Source: Octopus vulgaris (taxonomy: Eukaryota). Taken from it: DNA of 64,000 nucleotides. This document shows positions 37,983-51,454 of the stretch, piece by piece. Location: positions 69,874,001 through 69,938,000 of the forward strand of contig OX597817.1 of the NCBI GenBank assembly GCA_951406725.2, in the 5' to 3' direction. The notes beneath the pieces were generated by a model. The model saw only the letters and a program-made list of their open reading frames with translations, made no database searches and was not told the DNA's origin. A program made the translations under genes and the position numbers. Position 1 is the first letter of the stretch. Each line of letters opens with the position of its first letter.

Positions 37983-40063
37983 CATGGTTTCTGATCTTAA
38001 CTGATTGGAAGTGTTATCATGTACATTGTTTTGTCTTGGTATAAAAGATGGGCTACAGCAAATATTCTGCTCAATACCACAGATTTGCTTGTCAGTTGTT
38101 TGACCTTAACCAGTTGAGCATGTCCCTTAGTGGCTGACGATATGTGCATATCTGATCACGAGCAGAAGTAGTGGGGGAGCATCATAGCCATGTGTTGAGA
38201 GGAATTTTTTGGGGTTTGAATAATTCACCTCTGGAAACATGGGTGTTTCGTTCAACATCCTTAAACAACCCTTATTCAGGGATCTTTTGAACAGGATGGG
38301 TTAATTGGCCAGAAGAAAATTCTAACTGTGCCCCACCTGCAAGGTCATACGCTGTTTATCTTGATATGAGATCGCCATGTCGCGCACATATGGTTGTGAT
38401 GCATGTGCCTGGTGTACCCTTATCAGACGGGTATTTATAGTTTACTGGCAACATTTACGATCTTTTTGCATATACTTTAAATTAAGATCTTAAATCAATT
38501 GCAAACTGCAAAGACATAATTCAGTCCGTAAAAGATATAAAGTTCCCGGTTTAAGAAATTTATCGACGATAAATGGGTAAATAATTATGTTTTTGTATTT
38601 TGAGAGGGTCATACTGTCAATAAAAGCACACACATTGGTCATGTTTCACTTCAGTTTTATTAGTAATCAATTAGATAATTAATCTATCAGTTAATTAGTT
38701 AATCGATTAGCATGTTAAGGTCCTTTCGTCACAGTTTGTAATCATATCGATGAATATGTGACCCTCAGATACCTCCTTTCTCATCAGCGCATATTGCAGG
38801 TTTGCTTCTCATCGTTGTTTTGTTGGTGTTGAGGTTAGTTGTCGAAGTAATTACTTTTTCATAGAAATAAATGGAAATCGTGTGTGTCTAATGTGTAAAG
38901 ATTAAGTTGCAGCTATAAAATGTACAATCCTGAACATTAGTATCTGAGCAAGTATAAGGTATATGAAAAACTGCAAAACAACTCTACGCTTAGACAAGCT
39001 ATTTTTGTTTTTTTTATTAATAATCTTTATTTTCAGCAATTTATTTTCAAATGGAATATTAATGAGAGTACTTCCGTAACACAAACACGTTATGAAGTCT
39101 GTGATCTGATTGCAAAGAAAGTGAAACTACACATCGAAAGTAAACTTAGTAGAGTGTATAGTGGCTGTTGTATGAATTTTTTAAACTCATGAATATTAAT
39201 TTGTCATGGAGAATAGTTTCTTTTTACCAGATAAAACACATGACTAATAAGAAGTCTTGAAACAAGCACCAGAATTTTTATTTTATTCTGTAGCTCTGGA
39301 TTAGACAAGAGATCTAGTAAATATGGCACAGTTCTGACGTGAAATAACGACGAACAAGTCACTAGGTAAAGAGTCAAACTACCAGCTAGTGACAAAGCTA
39401 AGTCATGGGCTATACATATTATACGTAAAAACGATACAAGAAGATTCCATTCTTTGAAAATAGTTACATAAGACTACCGTAGGTCAAAATCTTACGAAGT
39501 CAAATCAATAATAGTAATTTCAGTTTTCTCTAAAGAAAAGCGTTCAATGTTTTAGCCAACTCAAACTGAAAACCCTGGTGACCACTAATTCAGAAGACTT
39601 CTTTGTGAGTTTCATATCCCTAACGTGGTAACTCAGTTTATATTGGTTTAAACAGTAACCAATTGATGAAATCCTTTGAAAATCATTGTCGCTTTCCACA
39701 TTTCAGCAATGTCATCAGATACGATTTGATTCATTATTATCGTTTAGAAGCTCTGCCAGGCGCCCGAAACAGGAACAAGTACCTCATTTGAGTACAAGAC
39801 AAATTTTCTTGCTGATTCTAGATCAGGATATGTACTCTTGCTTCTATTACTTCGAATGATTTCTTCCAAACCATTGGTATTCCAAATTTCAAGAATCACT
39901 TCTTTCCATTATTCTTCCATCACGCAAAATCTCTGTAGAAGTTTTATGTATAATATGTATGGTCCATGACTTAGCTTTGCCACCAGCTTGTATTTTGATT
40001 CTTTACCTAATGACTTGTAGATACACGGTATTTCATTATGCAACCATGATATACTACAGAGTA

Positions 40064-40634
40064 TTGAGTTGTCCAGAAAGTTCGTGCCGATTTTTAAAGG
40101 AAAGTAAAGGTCAATAAATACTTGCCATTACATTTTTAATCAATCAAATATGAACCATTTTGTTGTACAATGCGTCTCCATCTTTCCTTTAACTTGAAAA
40201 TACCCTCTTCCCAGAATTGAGGGAGTTTCATGACAAAAAATTCATCAAGGTATCTTTTTACGTCATCCAAGGAATTGAAATTTTTACCATTAAGGCTATT
40301 CTGCAGAGACCTGAATAAGTGGAAATAAGTGGAATAAGGAGCAATATCTGGTGAATATGGAGGGTGAGGTAACACATCACAGCCGAGCTGCAGCAGTTTT
40401 TGTCTGGTTCCCAAAGCATCAAGTGCTGAAAATGAACTTTCTTATCTTCCATTTTAAATGTTTATAGAATTAACACAGGTTATAGGAACATAAACCTTCT
40501 TCCACGAAAAGATAGCTTAAACTGTGCTCTAAATGGAGTTGTAGTCAAATCCTATTTTATGAACTCAACCATGTTATGAAATAAGTCGACAGGTAAGCTA
40601 CTATAAATCGGCACGAACTTTCCGGACAACCCAA
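40064..40634 (-). mobile_element. Internally deleted mariner element with both TIRs and TA TSD
   Basis: TIRs TTGAGTTGTCCAGAAAGTTCGTGCCGATTT / AAATCGGCACGAACTTTCCGGACAACCCAA; MEDKKVHF N-terminus joined to HPPYSPDIAP..FHLFRSLQ C-terminus. Confidence 0.95.
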
Positions 40635-40826
40635 TATATTAAACGCTTTTATAAGGCAATACCGCGTTCTACCGCGTTAGCTGTACACTTTTACATCACT
40701 TGTTAAGGTTATCTCTATAGATATTGTATAGAAATTATAGCCAGCTCTGATTTTTGCTACGACGTTTCATATACGAGAGCCCAGATGTAAATAAACACTG
40801 AGATCGAAGATAAGAAAAGGGTAATG

Positions 40827-40871
40827 AGTGTATACGCCATATTTCGGAGATTTTGCCCCTTCATCAGCACT
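40827..40871 (-). ncRNA. Minimal type I hammerhead ribozyme (Penelope pLTR type)
   Basis: Minus strand AGUG-CUGAUGA-A-GGGG(CAAAAU)CUCC-GAAAUAUG-G-CGUAU-A-CACU; AUA cleavage triplet. Confidence 0.7.
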
Positions 40872-41571
40872 TATCCAACCCTTTAATCATCCTCGAACAC
40901 ATTGCTTGAATAGCCAATGTATACAGTGGTGTTTGGTTATTGGATATACCAATTTACATATCAAACACATCCCTGGAAGCTAGTATATGTGTGTGTGTGT
41001 GTGTATGTGTGTATCCTGTATATCAAATGATATACAGGGCACATTTCCCTGGTATCCATACATCATATATGATACAGATTTCTAATCTTTTTTCACCCAC
41101 AAGAATAGCTTGGAACTTATGATAGGAGATTTTTATATTACTCAGAAAATATGAAACAAGGGCTGGCTAAAAATTTGAAAACAAGCTCGAACTTTTAGGA
41201 CAAGTTTATGAAAAAGTTTTGGATTGGTAAAGGGTTAAAACAAATAAGATATGCTCTCTTCAAGAAATAAGTCGGATTCCTATGTTCATTCGGAATACGT
41301 TCAATCCAATTGATATTTCATCCAGTTTTTTTTTTCGTGAAGAAAGCCATAACACCTGCTTGATTTGAAAAAAACAATGATAAATACATTCAATTAGATG
41401 CTCTCTATATGTGCAGGCTTGCAAATAAATATATAATTTCAGTTTATAAAATACCAATTTAGATAAAAGATCATGTATAACATATTGTTCTAATTTGTAT
41501 TTTCCTACTAATGACAGTAAATATGGAACAAACTGTGCTGTTCTGAATTAGCTCTCTCTCGCACACACACA

Positions 41572-41631
<60 letters not shown>

Positions 41632-42339
41632 TACACACACACTCACACAAGTATATATACATATGCACACACAATCATACACGCACATACACACATACTC
41701 TCTCACACACACATATACTCATACACACATTAAATTACGTTGGAATATTATCAGTGCCTTCATTTGCTGACTAATATGTTTAGATATATATAAAAAAAAA
41801 AAAACATTTATCTGATAATTGTCTTTCATTTTATTCTGTGTTCCAAACTTTTTCTTAATTAAATTCCATCAATTTATAAATCACAATAAAACAATAAAGA
41901 AATGATGACAAATAAATACAAATAATCAAGTACAAATTACTGCTTTAAATTCAATTTAATTCCTTAATTGTTTTTAAATAAATTTTTGTCAGCGCAGCTT
42001 AAAAAAATACCAATAAATCCTAACCAAATAGAAACGTGATAACCAAAAATGTCGTAAACTTAAAATTTAAATATAGCCAACATCTATTTGCTTGTAAAAT
42101 ATTGAAAATAAATACAATATCGATCAAAATGTAATGAAAAGTATTTTATAATTCAATTGTTGAATATTCAGTGTCTCACGAGTTGAATAAGTTCAAATTT
42201 TATCACATAAGAAAATATCTGACATTTCGCCGCGAAATGATAGAAAAAATATATCACTCAGCTGTATTCCTCCTTTGTGCAAATACTTTAAGAACTTTAG
42301 TGATCGGAAAATAATGAAATAATTTCTTTCTACTTTAAG

Positions 42340-43025
42340 GGTTGTGACCCCATTCGGTCATGAATGACCATGGGATTGCACCTAGAAAGTTACCCTCCGA
42401 GGCACAAGTCTGAGCAAGGTTGTTTATGGAAGACCAGCAGTGGCCCACGCATACCAGCCTCCCCTCTCCACGCCACTGATGTTATCCAAAGGAAAGGCAA
42501 AGGTCGATACAGCTTGGCACCAGTGACGTCGCAGCTTATTTATTAAAGTGAAAGTGGCTGAGCACTCCACATATATGTGTACCCTTAACGTAGAGTGTGA
42601 CAAGGCTGGGCCTTTGAAATACAGGTACAACAGAAACAGGAAGAAAGAGTGAGAGAAAGTTGTGGTGAAAGAGTACAGCAGGGTTCATCCCCCCCTTCCT
42701 GCCGGAGCCTCGTGGAGCTTTAGGTGTTTTCGCTCAATAAACACTTACAATGCCTGGTCTGGGAATCGAAACCGCGAGCCTACGACTGCGAGTCCGCTGC
42801 TCTAACCACTGGGCCATTGCGCCTCCACATTATAAGGGTAAGGTCTGAAATTTTGTGGGGAGGGGATTGTCGATTACATCGACTCCAGCGCTCAACTGGT
42901 ATTTATTTCAGCTCGAAAGGATGAAAGGCAAAGTTCACCTCGGCGGAATTTGAACTCAGAACGAAAAGTCAGATGAAATGCCGCTATTTTGTCCGGCATG
43001 TTAAGGATTCTGCTTGCTCGTTACC
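42340..43025 (-). mobile_element. Stack of SINEs: family C 3' part, family B 5' part, family D
   Basis: 42340-42540 matches 47690-47880 in reverse; 42560-42826 matches 3960-4260; 42830-43025 has the family D core. Confidence 0.8.
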
Positions 43026-43317
43026 TTTGTTAAATTTGGGATTTGGTCTTAGAGAGTCTCCAGGAATTGATACCCGTATAACATCGAATAAAAAGTCACC
43101 AAAATTAGGGATACAACTGGAGCCCCTAATTTCAGTGCTCAGGGTCATTGTAGAGAACACTTGGCCAGGATACCGCACAAATGAACCCGAAACCACGTGA
43201 CTGCAAAGCGATATTCTTAACCTCATAGCTGCAGCAAATCTTTAACACATATACCTTTATTTATCTGCCATTTTATATCTTTGGCACACTCACCCATACT
43301 TCATATATGCACGCACG

Positions 43318-43359
<42 letters not shown>

Positions 43360-44649
43360 TACACATGCATAATTATTGTCTCTCACGTATATGCCCTTCA
43401 CTATTTGATCATTCACTCCTTCCTAATATGTATGTATGTATATATATATATACACACTCCGATGCACAGACACACACTGCCTCAAACATACTAACTTATA
43501 TAAATTCACGCACACTGGTACGCTCAATAGAATTTACGCGTTTTTCCTTACTTCAGCAGTCCTCCTTTCGGTCGGTACTTTTTGTTCCCTCCTTAGCACA
43601 AGCTACTTCTTGGGCGCTATTCACTCTTTAGCTAACCCAAGCTCCTCACGCGCACACACACATACACACACCACTTCTGCTTCCATCATCTCTCAAAATA
43701 CACTATTTTTGTACCTCTCTCTCACTTCCGTTCACTATTTTCATTCTATGCATTACGTGCTTAACAACGTCTGCTTTTTTCACGCTGATCTAAGTTATCT
43801 CATCTTCTTGATTCGTATCATCTTCCTGGACACTTTACCAATTTCTTCAGGCTTTTTACCAATTTCTTTGACCTTTCTTCTCATTACTGAATTCAAACAT
43901 TTTTCTTCTTTCATTTTCGAATTTCGTCTTTACTTGCTTATGTTTATGCAATTGCAAACACATTATTTAACACCCGTCTGGTTCTTGCCACTCCATATGT
44001 TTCCTCACATTTATTTATACACACTTACACACGTTCTCTAGCGTTTTCACACACAAAACAATTTCATACACACGCCAGCATCTCGTACTCCTACTAATCA
44101 ATGCCACCATACCTACTCTCTTGCAAATACCTACATACATATACTACAAAAACATAGATATGCACGTTCCACTCACGCTGAAGCTCATTTGAAAACACAG
44201 ATACACTGTTGTACATGCTTCTACATACACACCAATTCTTTCCTTTATCCATCCACCAATAAAACAAAATCTCCTGATTTCTATCTCTTTGCCTTTGTAT
44301 TCTAATCTGTTTTTTTTTTCTTTATCATATATATACTCATTAATTATTATCCTCAACTTCCCTATGTTATTCTTTCTCTTTTTCATTTTTTGTTTTGATG
44401 TGTGTGTGTATGTGTGTGTGTGTGTGTGGTGGGGAGATAAACGACTAACGCCGAAAAGATTGGGGTAACCTGTTTTTCCATTCAAGATGGAGAAACAGGT
44501 GGAGAAACTAATACCACTTTGGCAAATATCGTCCTGCACGTGATGTTCGTTTGTGTTTATTGTTTTTATACTACACAGACACACCTATCTATCCACATCA
44601 TACACTCATCAATCCACCCATCCGTCCGTCCATCCATCCATCCAACCAA

Positions 44650-44706
<57 letters not shown>

Positions 44707-44791
44707 ATATTATTGTTTATAATAATACCAGTGGCTTAGCATGCGTAAAATACTCATAACGGTAAAAAAAAAATTACCAATTAATAATTAA

Positions 44792-44975
44792 GGGTACTAA
44801 CAGGCAGTGCAAGCATGCTAAATATAGCAGTCAAAATGACCAAACTACAAGTTTTCACTTAAACACAAAAGTGAAATCGGGTAAATGAACAAAAACACCC
44901 AGAACTTTGTGTTTAAGTGAAAACTTGTTTGGTCGTTTTGACTGCTATGTTAGCGTACCGGCACTGCCTTCATTG
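44792..44975. mobile_element. Palindromic MITE, TTAA-GGG terminus (Kolobok-like)
   Basis: Arms aggcagtgc..gcagtcaaaatgaccaaac..aagttttcacttaaacacaaa and their reverse complement; shares catgcta(a/g)atatagcagtcaaaa with 62734-62881. Confidence 0.7.
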
Positions 44976-44999
44976 TTAATTGAATATATATATCTTTCT

Positions 45000-45262
45000 C
45001 TTTTCTCTTTTACTTGTTTCAATCATTTGACTGCGGCCATGCTGGAGCACCGCCTTTAGTCGAGCAAATCGACCCCGGGACTTATTCTTTGTAAGCCCAG
45101 TACTTATTCTATTGGTCTCTTTTGCCGAACCGCTAACTGACGGGGACATAAACACACCAGCATTGGTTGTCAAGCAACGCTAGGGGGACAAACACAGACA
45201 CACAAACATATACACACACACTTATATATATACACATATATACGACAGGCTTCTTTCAGTTT
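45000..45262 (-). mobile_element. SINE family A, 3' half, truncated at a duplication patchwork
   Basis: Match stops at ttctttcagttt instead of continuing ccgtctacc. Confidence 0.85.
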
Positions 45263-45294
45263 ATTGTGTTTATTGTTTTTATACTACACAGTAC

Positions 45295-46089
45295 TACCGG
45301 TAAATTTCGGTATGTAAATACGACAAATTCATCGTCAGGAAATTTGTAAGGTTCAGTATATAGTAAAGTAAATAAGAGGGCTAGCAGCAGGCTGTTTCGC
45401 CTCATACCGAAGGAATTAGAAATGGCAGTCAAAGACAAAGTTCATGACGATGAATTTGTCGTATTTACATACCAAAATTTACCGGTAAATAATTGTTGGT
45501 TACATGAAAAACCACAGAAAAATTATTTACCATTTTTATTGCATTACCATGTGGATTCCTCATTCCATTACGATTACCCAGAAGGCGCGCATGGCAGAAT
45601 TTTGGAGGGAAAATTTACATTCCCAGTCGTTACTTAGTTTTAACATCTGCACACTTCCCCCCACTATCTGATGTCGCTGGGTCAGAAGTGAGGGCCTGTG
45701 GCATTTGGTAAATCTATCGAATATAGCGCCGATGAAGGAAATCAAACTACTTTTCTGAGTTTGTGATCCAGAAACATGTTCGTTATTAATGGTAAGTGAC
45801 TGTTTGCGTCTATTTGCTACTCCGGTTTTGTGTATGTGAGCCGCACGGGCCTTCGTTTTTGGAATCTCCACTTACAGAAAATGGAAAAAACAGTCTTTGA
45901 CTGCCATTTCTAATTCCTTCGGTATGAGGCGAAACAGCCTGCTGCTAGCCCTCTTATTTACTTTACTATATACTGAACCTTACAAAGTTCCTGACGATGA
46001 ATTTGTCGTATTTACATACCGAAATTTACCGGTAAATAATTGTTGGTTACATGAAAAACCACAGAAAAATTATTTACCATTTTTATTGC

Positions 46090-46093
<4 letters not shown>
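45295..46093. repeat. Overlapping inverted (45295-45436 / 45893-46034) and direct (45435-45546 / 45982-46093) repeats
   Basis: 142-bp inverted pair and 112-bp direct pair, each with only 1-2 mismatches by eye. Confidence 0.92.
45723..45786 (+). ncRNA. Type I hammerhead-like motif, variant core CCGAUGA
   Basis: AUAGCG-CCGAUGA-A-GGAAAUCAAACU..AGUUUGUGAUCC-A-GAAAC-AU-GUU-CGUUAU; palindromic stem III ACAUGU. Confidence 0.55.
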
Positions 46094-46155
<62 letters not shown>

Positions 46156-46159
46156 CATA

Positions 46160-46220
<61 letters not shown>

Positions 46221-46924
46221 GTATATATGTATATATATATGACTACAATTATTTCTGTTATTGATACAAGGTAGATGATTGTCGGATATTAACAGGTGAA
46301 AATTGCAAAACCTGGGTCAGAGTTACGTACGAGATTGCATTGAATATCACAAAGAAGCAAATTATTAGGTGTGAAAAAGTATCTGTGTATATATACATGT
46401 ATACACACACACACACACGCACATAAATATATGTACGTATGTATGTGTGTATACGTAAATATGGCCGTGTTTGTGTGTATATATATATATACACACATAT
46501 ATATACATAGGCACACAAACATATATCACATTACTTTCCTTTGTTATATCCTATCACACTCGACATGATATTCACTATTTTCGTAATTACGCTCTGTAAT
46601 GTCTTATATCTATCGATTTGTGTCAATAGAAGGAATAATTACCTCCATTGTGGATAGGCAGAATTGATAGAGCAGCGACAAATATCCTTCTTTATATTAA
46701 TTGTGTCTCGCGAGGTCTCGATTTCAGTTCCGGTGGACGTCGACTTTGTCTTTTATTCTTCCGGGATCGATAAACCAAATTATTTGTCGCTGCTGCTTAA
46801 CGCCAATTCAGTTCTGACTGAACTGATCTATGATCAAAGCTATTCCTCTCTTTACTACAGCATCTTATTCAAATTTTATATGAAGACAATATTATCTAAT
46901 ATGTCTCTCTTTTATTTATTCTTC

Positions 46925-47084
46925 GGCGTAGGAGTGGCTGTGGTGGGAAGTAGCTTGCTTACCAACCACATGGTTCCAGGTTCAGTCCCACTGCGTGGCA
47001 CCTTGGGCAAGTGTCTTCTACTATAGCCTCGAACCGACCAAAGCCTTGTGATTGGATTTGGTAGACGGAAACTGAAAGCCCGTC

Positions 47085-47170
<86 letters not shown>

Positions 47171-47400
47171 ATGTGTGTGTGTATATGTTTATGTGTCTGT
47201 TTTTGTCCGCCCAACATCGCTTGACAACAGATGCTGGTGTGTTTACGTCCCCGTAACTTAGCGGTGCGGCAAGAGAACCGATAGAATAAGTACTAGGCTT
47301 ACAAAGAATAAGTCCTGGGGTCGATTTGCTCGACTAAAGGCGATGCTCCAGCATGGCCACAGTCAAATGACTGAAACAAGTAAAAGAGTAAAAGAGTAAA
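46925..47400 (+). mobile_element. SINE family A, full length
   Basis: Complete head-to-tail match. Confidence 0.9.
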
Positions 47401-47580
47401 AGAGATGTTGATTTTAGTATTTCAGTAACAGTCATATACCAAGGTTGAAAAAATCGATAAATCTCTCGCCTGAAGTTAACTATATATATCATCCTAACTA
47501 TGTCATACTCTATGTGTGTGTGTGTGCGCGCGCGTGTCTCCATGTGTATGTGTGCGTGTGTATGTTTGTGTGTGTGTTTG

Positions 47581-47880
47581 AAGGCACTATAGCTCAGTGG
47601 TTAGATTGTCGAGCTCACAATCAATAGGTAGTGAGTTCGATTCTTGGACAGGGCTGTGTGTTGTCTTCTTGACTCAGCTGTAGATATGAGTTGCAACGTC
47701 ACTGGTATCAAGGTATATTGGCCTTTACCTTTCCTTTGGATATTATCGGTGGCGAGGACATGAGACGCTGGTATGCATGGGCAACTGCTGGTCTTCCATA
47801 AACAATCTTGCCCGGATTTTTGCCTTGGAGGGTAACTTTCTGGGTGCAATCTCATGGTCATTCATGATCAAAGGGGGTCT
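47581..47880 (+). mobile_element. tRNA-derived SINE family C
   Basis: A box tagctcagtgg and B box gagttcgattc; 3' part shared with 42340-42540. Confidence 0.75.
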
Positions 47881-47909
47881 TTTCCTTTTACTATTTCATA
47901 TATATATAT

Positions 47910-48304
47910 ATTCTTTCATTTGTTTCAGTCATTTGACTGCGACCATATTGGAACACCGCCCTTAGTCGAACAACCCGACCCCAGGACCTATTCTTTGTAA
48001 ACCTAGTACTTATTCTATTGGTGTCTTTTGCCGAAACGCAAAGTTACGGGGATGTAAACACACCAATATCGGCTGTCAAGCGATGGTGGGGGATCAGACC
48101 CCGACACACACACAAATATACACATATATGCATGTATACGACGGCCTTTTTTTTTAAATCCACCAAATCTACCAGATCCACTCACAAGACTTCGGTCGAC
48201 CTGAGGCAATAGTAGAAGACACTCTCCCAAAGTGTCACGGAGTGAGACTGAAACCGGAACAATGTGGTTGGGAAGCAAGCTTTTTACCACCCACCCGTGC
48301 TGCG

Positions 48305-48306
<2 letters not shown>
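47910..48306 (-). mobile_element. SINE family A, diverged copy
   Basis: Reverse match to family A. Confidence 0.85.
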
Positions 48307-48354
<48 letters not shown>

Positions 48355-48628
48355 CAGGTAGTTAGCGTGAAAAACCTCATAAGAGAAAAGAATTCGAAAA
48401 TAATTTCTTTCACTTTCTCTCTATAACATCGTTTGACAGCATCTACTATCTTTCCCCCGCTGCCTTCACTCTTTCTGCCACATCCCCTCTCTCTCTCTCC
48501 CTCTCTCTCTCTCTACGTCTGTCTGCATTCATAGAGAGAATTATTATCTCCACAACTACCACACAATCATGAGAACAAATATTATGAATCAGATATTTAT
48601 TGGGTTAATTTATATATGTGTATGGGTG

Positions 48629-48695
<67 letters not shown>

Positions 48696-48736
48696 TATAT
48701 ATACAAAGTGTATATATCTGTATTTATATATATATA

Positions 48737-49620
48737 CTAGCTTAAGGTGACCCGCTCTACGCGCGGGTAAGAGTGTGGTTTTTACTTTCTGTTGCTTCCT
48801 TTCTGCTTTTTATCACCACATTCTCCCTCTTTGTTTCTCTTTCACTTTCCCACTCTCTGACTCTTCCTTTCTCTCGGACTCTCCCTCGCTTTCTCTTACT
48901 CTCGATATTTATCTATCTATCTCCCATTTATAAATAACAAAAGATCTTGAGTAAGTTGAGAGAGAAAATATTTTGAAAGATCAATCATAAATATCAGGCT
49001 GTGACAACGGAAAGGTCTGCTTCAAGGCAGACAGCAAAACATTAACATTTAAAAGGGACAGACGAACTTTCGTGATGAATAAAAAAATATTGGAAACCAA
49101 AGTTTGAAGGGATAGAATCTGAGGATAGTAGACTCACCATGGCTGGCATTTCTTAACGACGGACAGCAACGTAGTGCCAGTTTAACGGCTGGCGTAAAAT
49201 TTTGAACTTGATGTAAAAGAAAATTCCTAAACACCAAGTTTTGAAGTGATTCTTTCTCACGACAGTAGACTCACCATGGCAAGCATTCAAAACTTCTTCA
49301 TCATGGACGGCAACACGTTGAAGATTTAAAGGCTGGCGCAAATTTTTTAGCTTGATGTAACAGAGAATTCCTAAATACCCGCTCCTGTAAATTTTACTCC
49401 CCTTCTAGCCCCATTTAGACTCCTTTTCACACTTTAGTTAATATAACCCGATTTCATTCGGGTCTACTCGCGCTATATTTTATAAGATGAGGAATTTTGT
49501 CCTAAGGGTCACGCCTTTTATTTGAGGAAAAAAATAGTTGCCATGCAAACTCGCCAGCACTTATAGTAAATATGGAATATTTACTATAAGGTCACTCATA
49601 GGAGAGACAGATATTTTAGT
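48737..49620 (-). mobile_element. Helitron 3' portion, 5' end uncertain
   Basis: A|CTAG at 48737 followed by hairpin acccgc-tctac-gcgcgggt; internal ~125-bp duplication (agtagactcaccatggc at 49127 and 49264); motif tataacccgattt(t/c)attcgggtctac shared with 31190 and 32323. Confidence 0.75.
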
Positions 49621-49839
49621 ATCTATTCAATTTACCAGCCGCTGTTGAATTAAACGTTGAATTACTCATTATATATTACGAATCGATTGTATATGAATTA
49701 ATCAGGAACGAACAACGGAAAGAATGTAATCATTTAATATATCATCACCGGAAAATAAATAACTATCTTAGAAAAGGAGTGAAAAATACCAGTAGAGTGC
49801 GCAACTAGGAGAATATAAGCATATAGAATAAATATCCTT

Positions 49840-50077
49840 CCAGAGTCACAGATACTCAAAAGGGCCGGTTTCCCTATTTCCATAGCGTATAAATTCTCGA
49901 CCTGGGTGCGACACCGGTCCATCATAGGATCACTCATTTTTGTCAACTGAGTGGACTGGAGCAAAGTGAAATGAAGAGTTTTGTTCAAGAACACAAGATG
50001 TCGCTCGGTCAAGGAATGGAAACCACAGTCTTACGATCAAGAGTCCAACACCCTAACCACTAGGCCACGAGCCTCCA
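49840..50077 (-). mobile_element. tRNA-derived SINE (further family)
   Basis: Reverse strand ggaggctcgtggcctagtggttagggtgttggactc with B-box-like ggtttccattcc. Confidence 0.7.
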
Positions 50078-50729
50078 CAGAATATAAGCTGAAAATCTTT
50101 AAAATACATACCAAATATATATATTAATTAACATATATATTTTAAATCTTACGAATATATAAAATCTGTCGCCTTGTGCTTATATTAAAAATTATCATTA
50201 TCGTTCATGAATATTTTGTGGAACTGAAAGAATGGCTAAAATTTTCATTCTTTGTCTCTTATCAATCTGAATTTTTATATTTACTGATCGGAAATGCTAT
50301 TTTGATGATATAACCATATTCTCTGCTTTTGCCAATGTGTATTTCTCCTTCTCTCTCTCTCTCTCTCTTACCCTTTTCCTCATTTTCTCTCTCCTCACTC
50401 TGTCGCTAATTGTATATTCGCTTTTATTTATTCAGATGTGTGCAAGAGGTCAACAGAAGGCAAATAACTATGCGTATGCATAAAATGTTTCAAAAGGCAG
50501 TGGTAATTTCATACGGCGCTTGCGTGGACTGAAAGAAATACGCTGCAATTGACCTTCAATAGAAACTTGTCTGTGAATATATTTTAACTCATAAACAATG
50601 GCTTTTTGATGATATGTCCATCTATTTATCTCAGTCCTTTGTGTAACACTGCATATTGCATTCACACGCAAACATGCAGATATGCGTGTGTGTATGCATG
50701 CATATATACATACGTATATACATTTATAC

Positions 50730-50828
<99 letters not shown>

Positions 50829-51454
50829 TGTGTTTATATGCATGCGCACGTGTGTGTGTGTGCATGTGTGTACACCCACAAATATAATATAGATTTAACA
50901 TGGCAAATCTAATTTTTTCTTTCGGCAGTACAGCGACAGAAAGATATCTCCGCTCATATCGCTAAATATCTTATACATCTTTCTGTCTGGCCTTATATAA
51001 TACGCAATTAAAATTCCCAGTCTCTGTAAATACTAGTCTTCACCTCAGAACTTTGGATGATCTTTCCAGATCATTCCATAGGCACGACATAAAAATAAAA
51101 ATAAAAATAGAAAATGATAAAATAAACACGTCTATAAAAAAGTCCCCAGACTCCTGTCTTCCTCACATTATTACTTAAACCCGCTATGAAAAATTAAGCC
51201 AATTAGATATACGACAGATTGGGTGGAGGTAATGTGGAGGTAATGAAAACAGTATATTAATTAATTAATTAATATTTATACTGCAAAGAATATGCTATGT
51301 ACTAAATTGTCCCAGCTTATAATATTCCCCGAGTTGAGCAATCTTAAGATATCTTTCACAACTTTTCTATGAGAGTTATTATAGCTTTGTGATATATTGA
51401 ATGCTTGCTTCATTTCTTTGTCTATTCCTGGTTAATTCATATACCATCCATCCG

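Noticed and set aside
38716-38790. Minus-strand CUGAGG-GUCACA..UGUGAC-GAAAGG-A-CCUU hammerhead-like motif
   Set aside because: Core lacks A9 and stem I does not form; probably a decayed pLTR.
43436-44041. 201-aa hydrophobic ORF on the plus strand
   Set aside because: Pyrimidine-rich and microsatellite-derived composition with no recognisable domain.
45985-46040. CUGACGA..GAAA with a 14-bp palindromic stem III as a further hammerhead
   Set aside because: Stems I and II do not pair, so it is at most a decayed motif and is not counted.
50400-50510. Polypyrimidine tract plus TTCAG|ATG as a possible exon start
   Set aside because: Frame stops after 15 codons and there is no supporting neighbouring exon.
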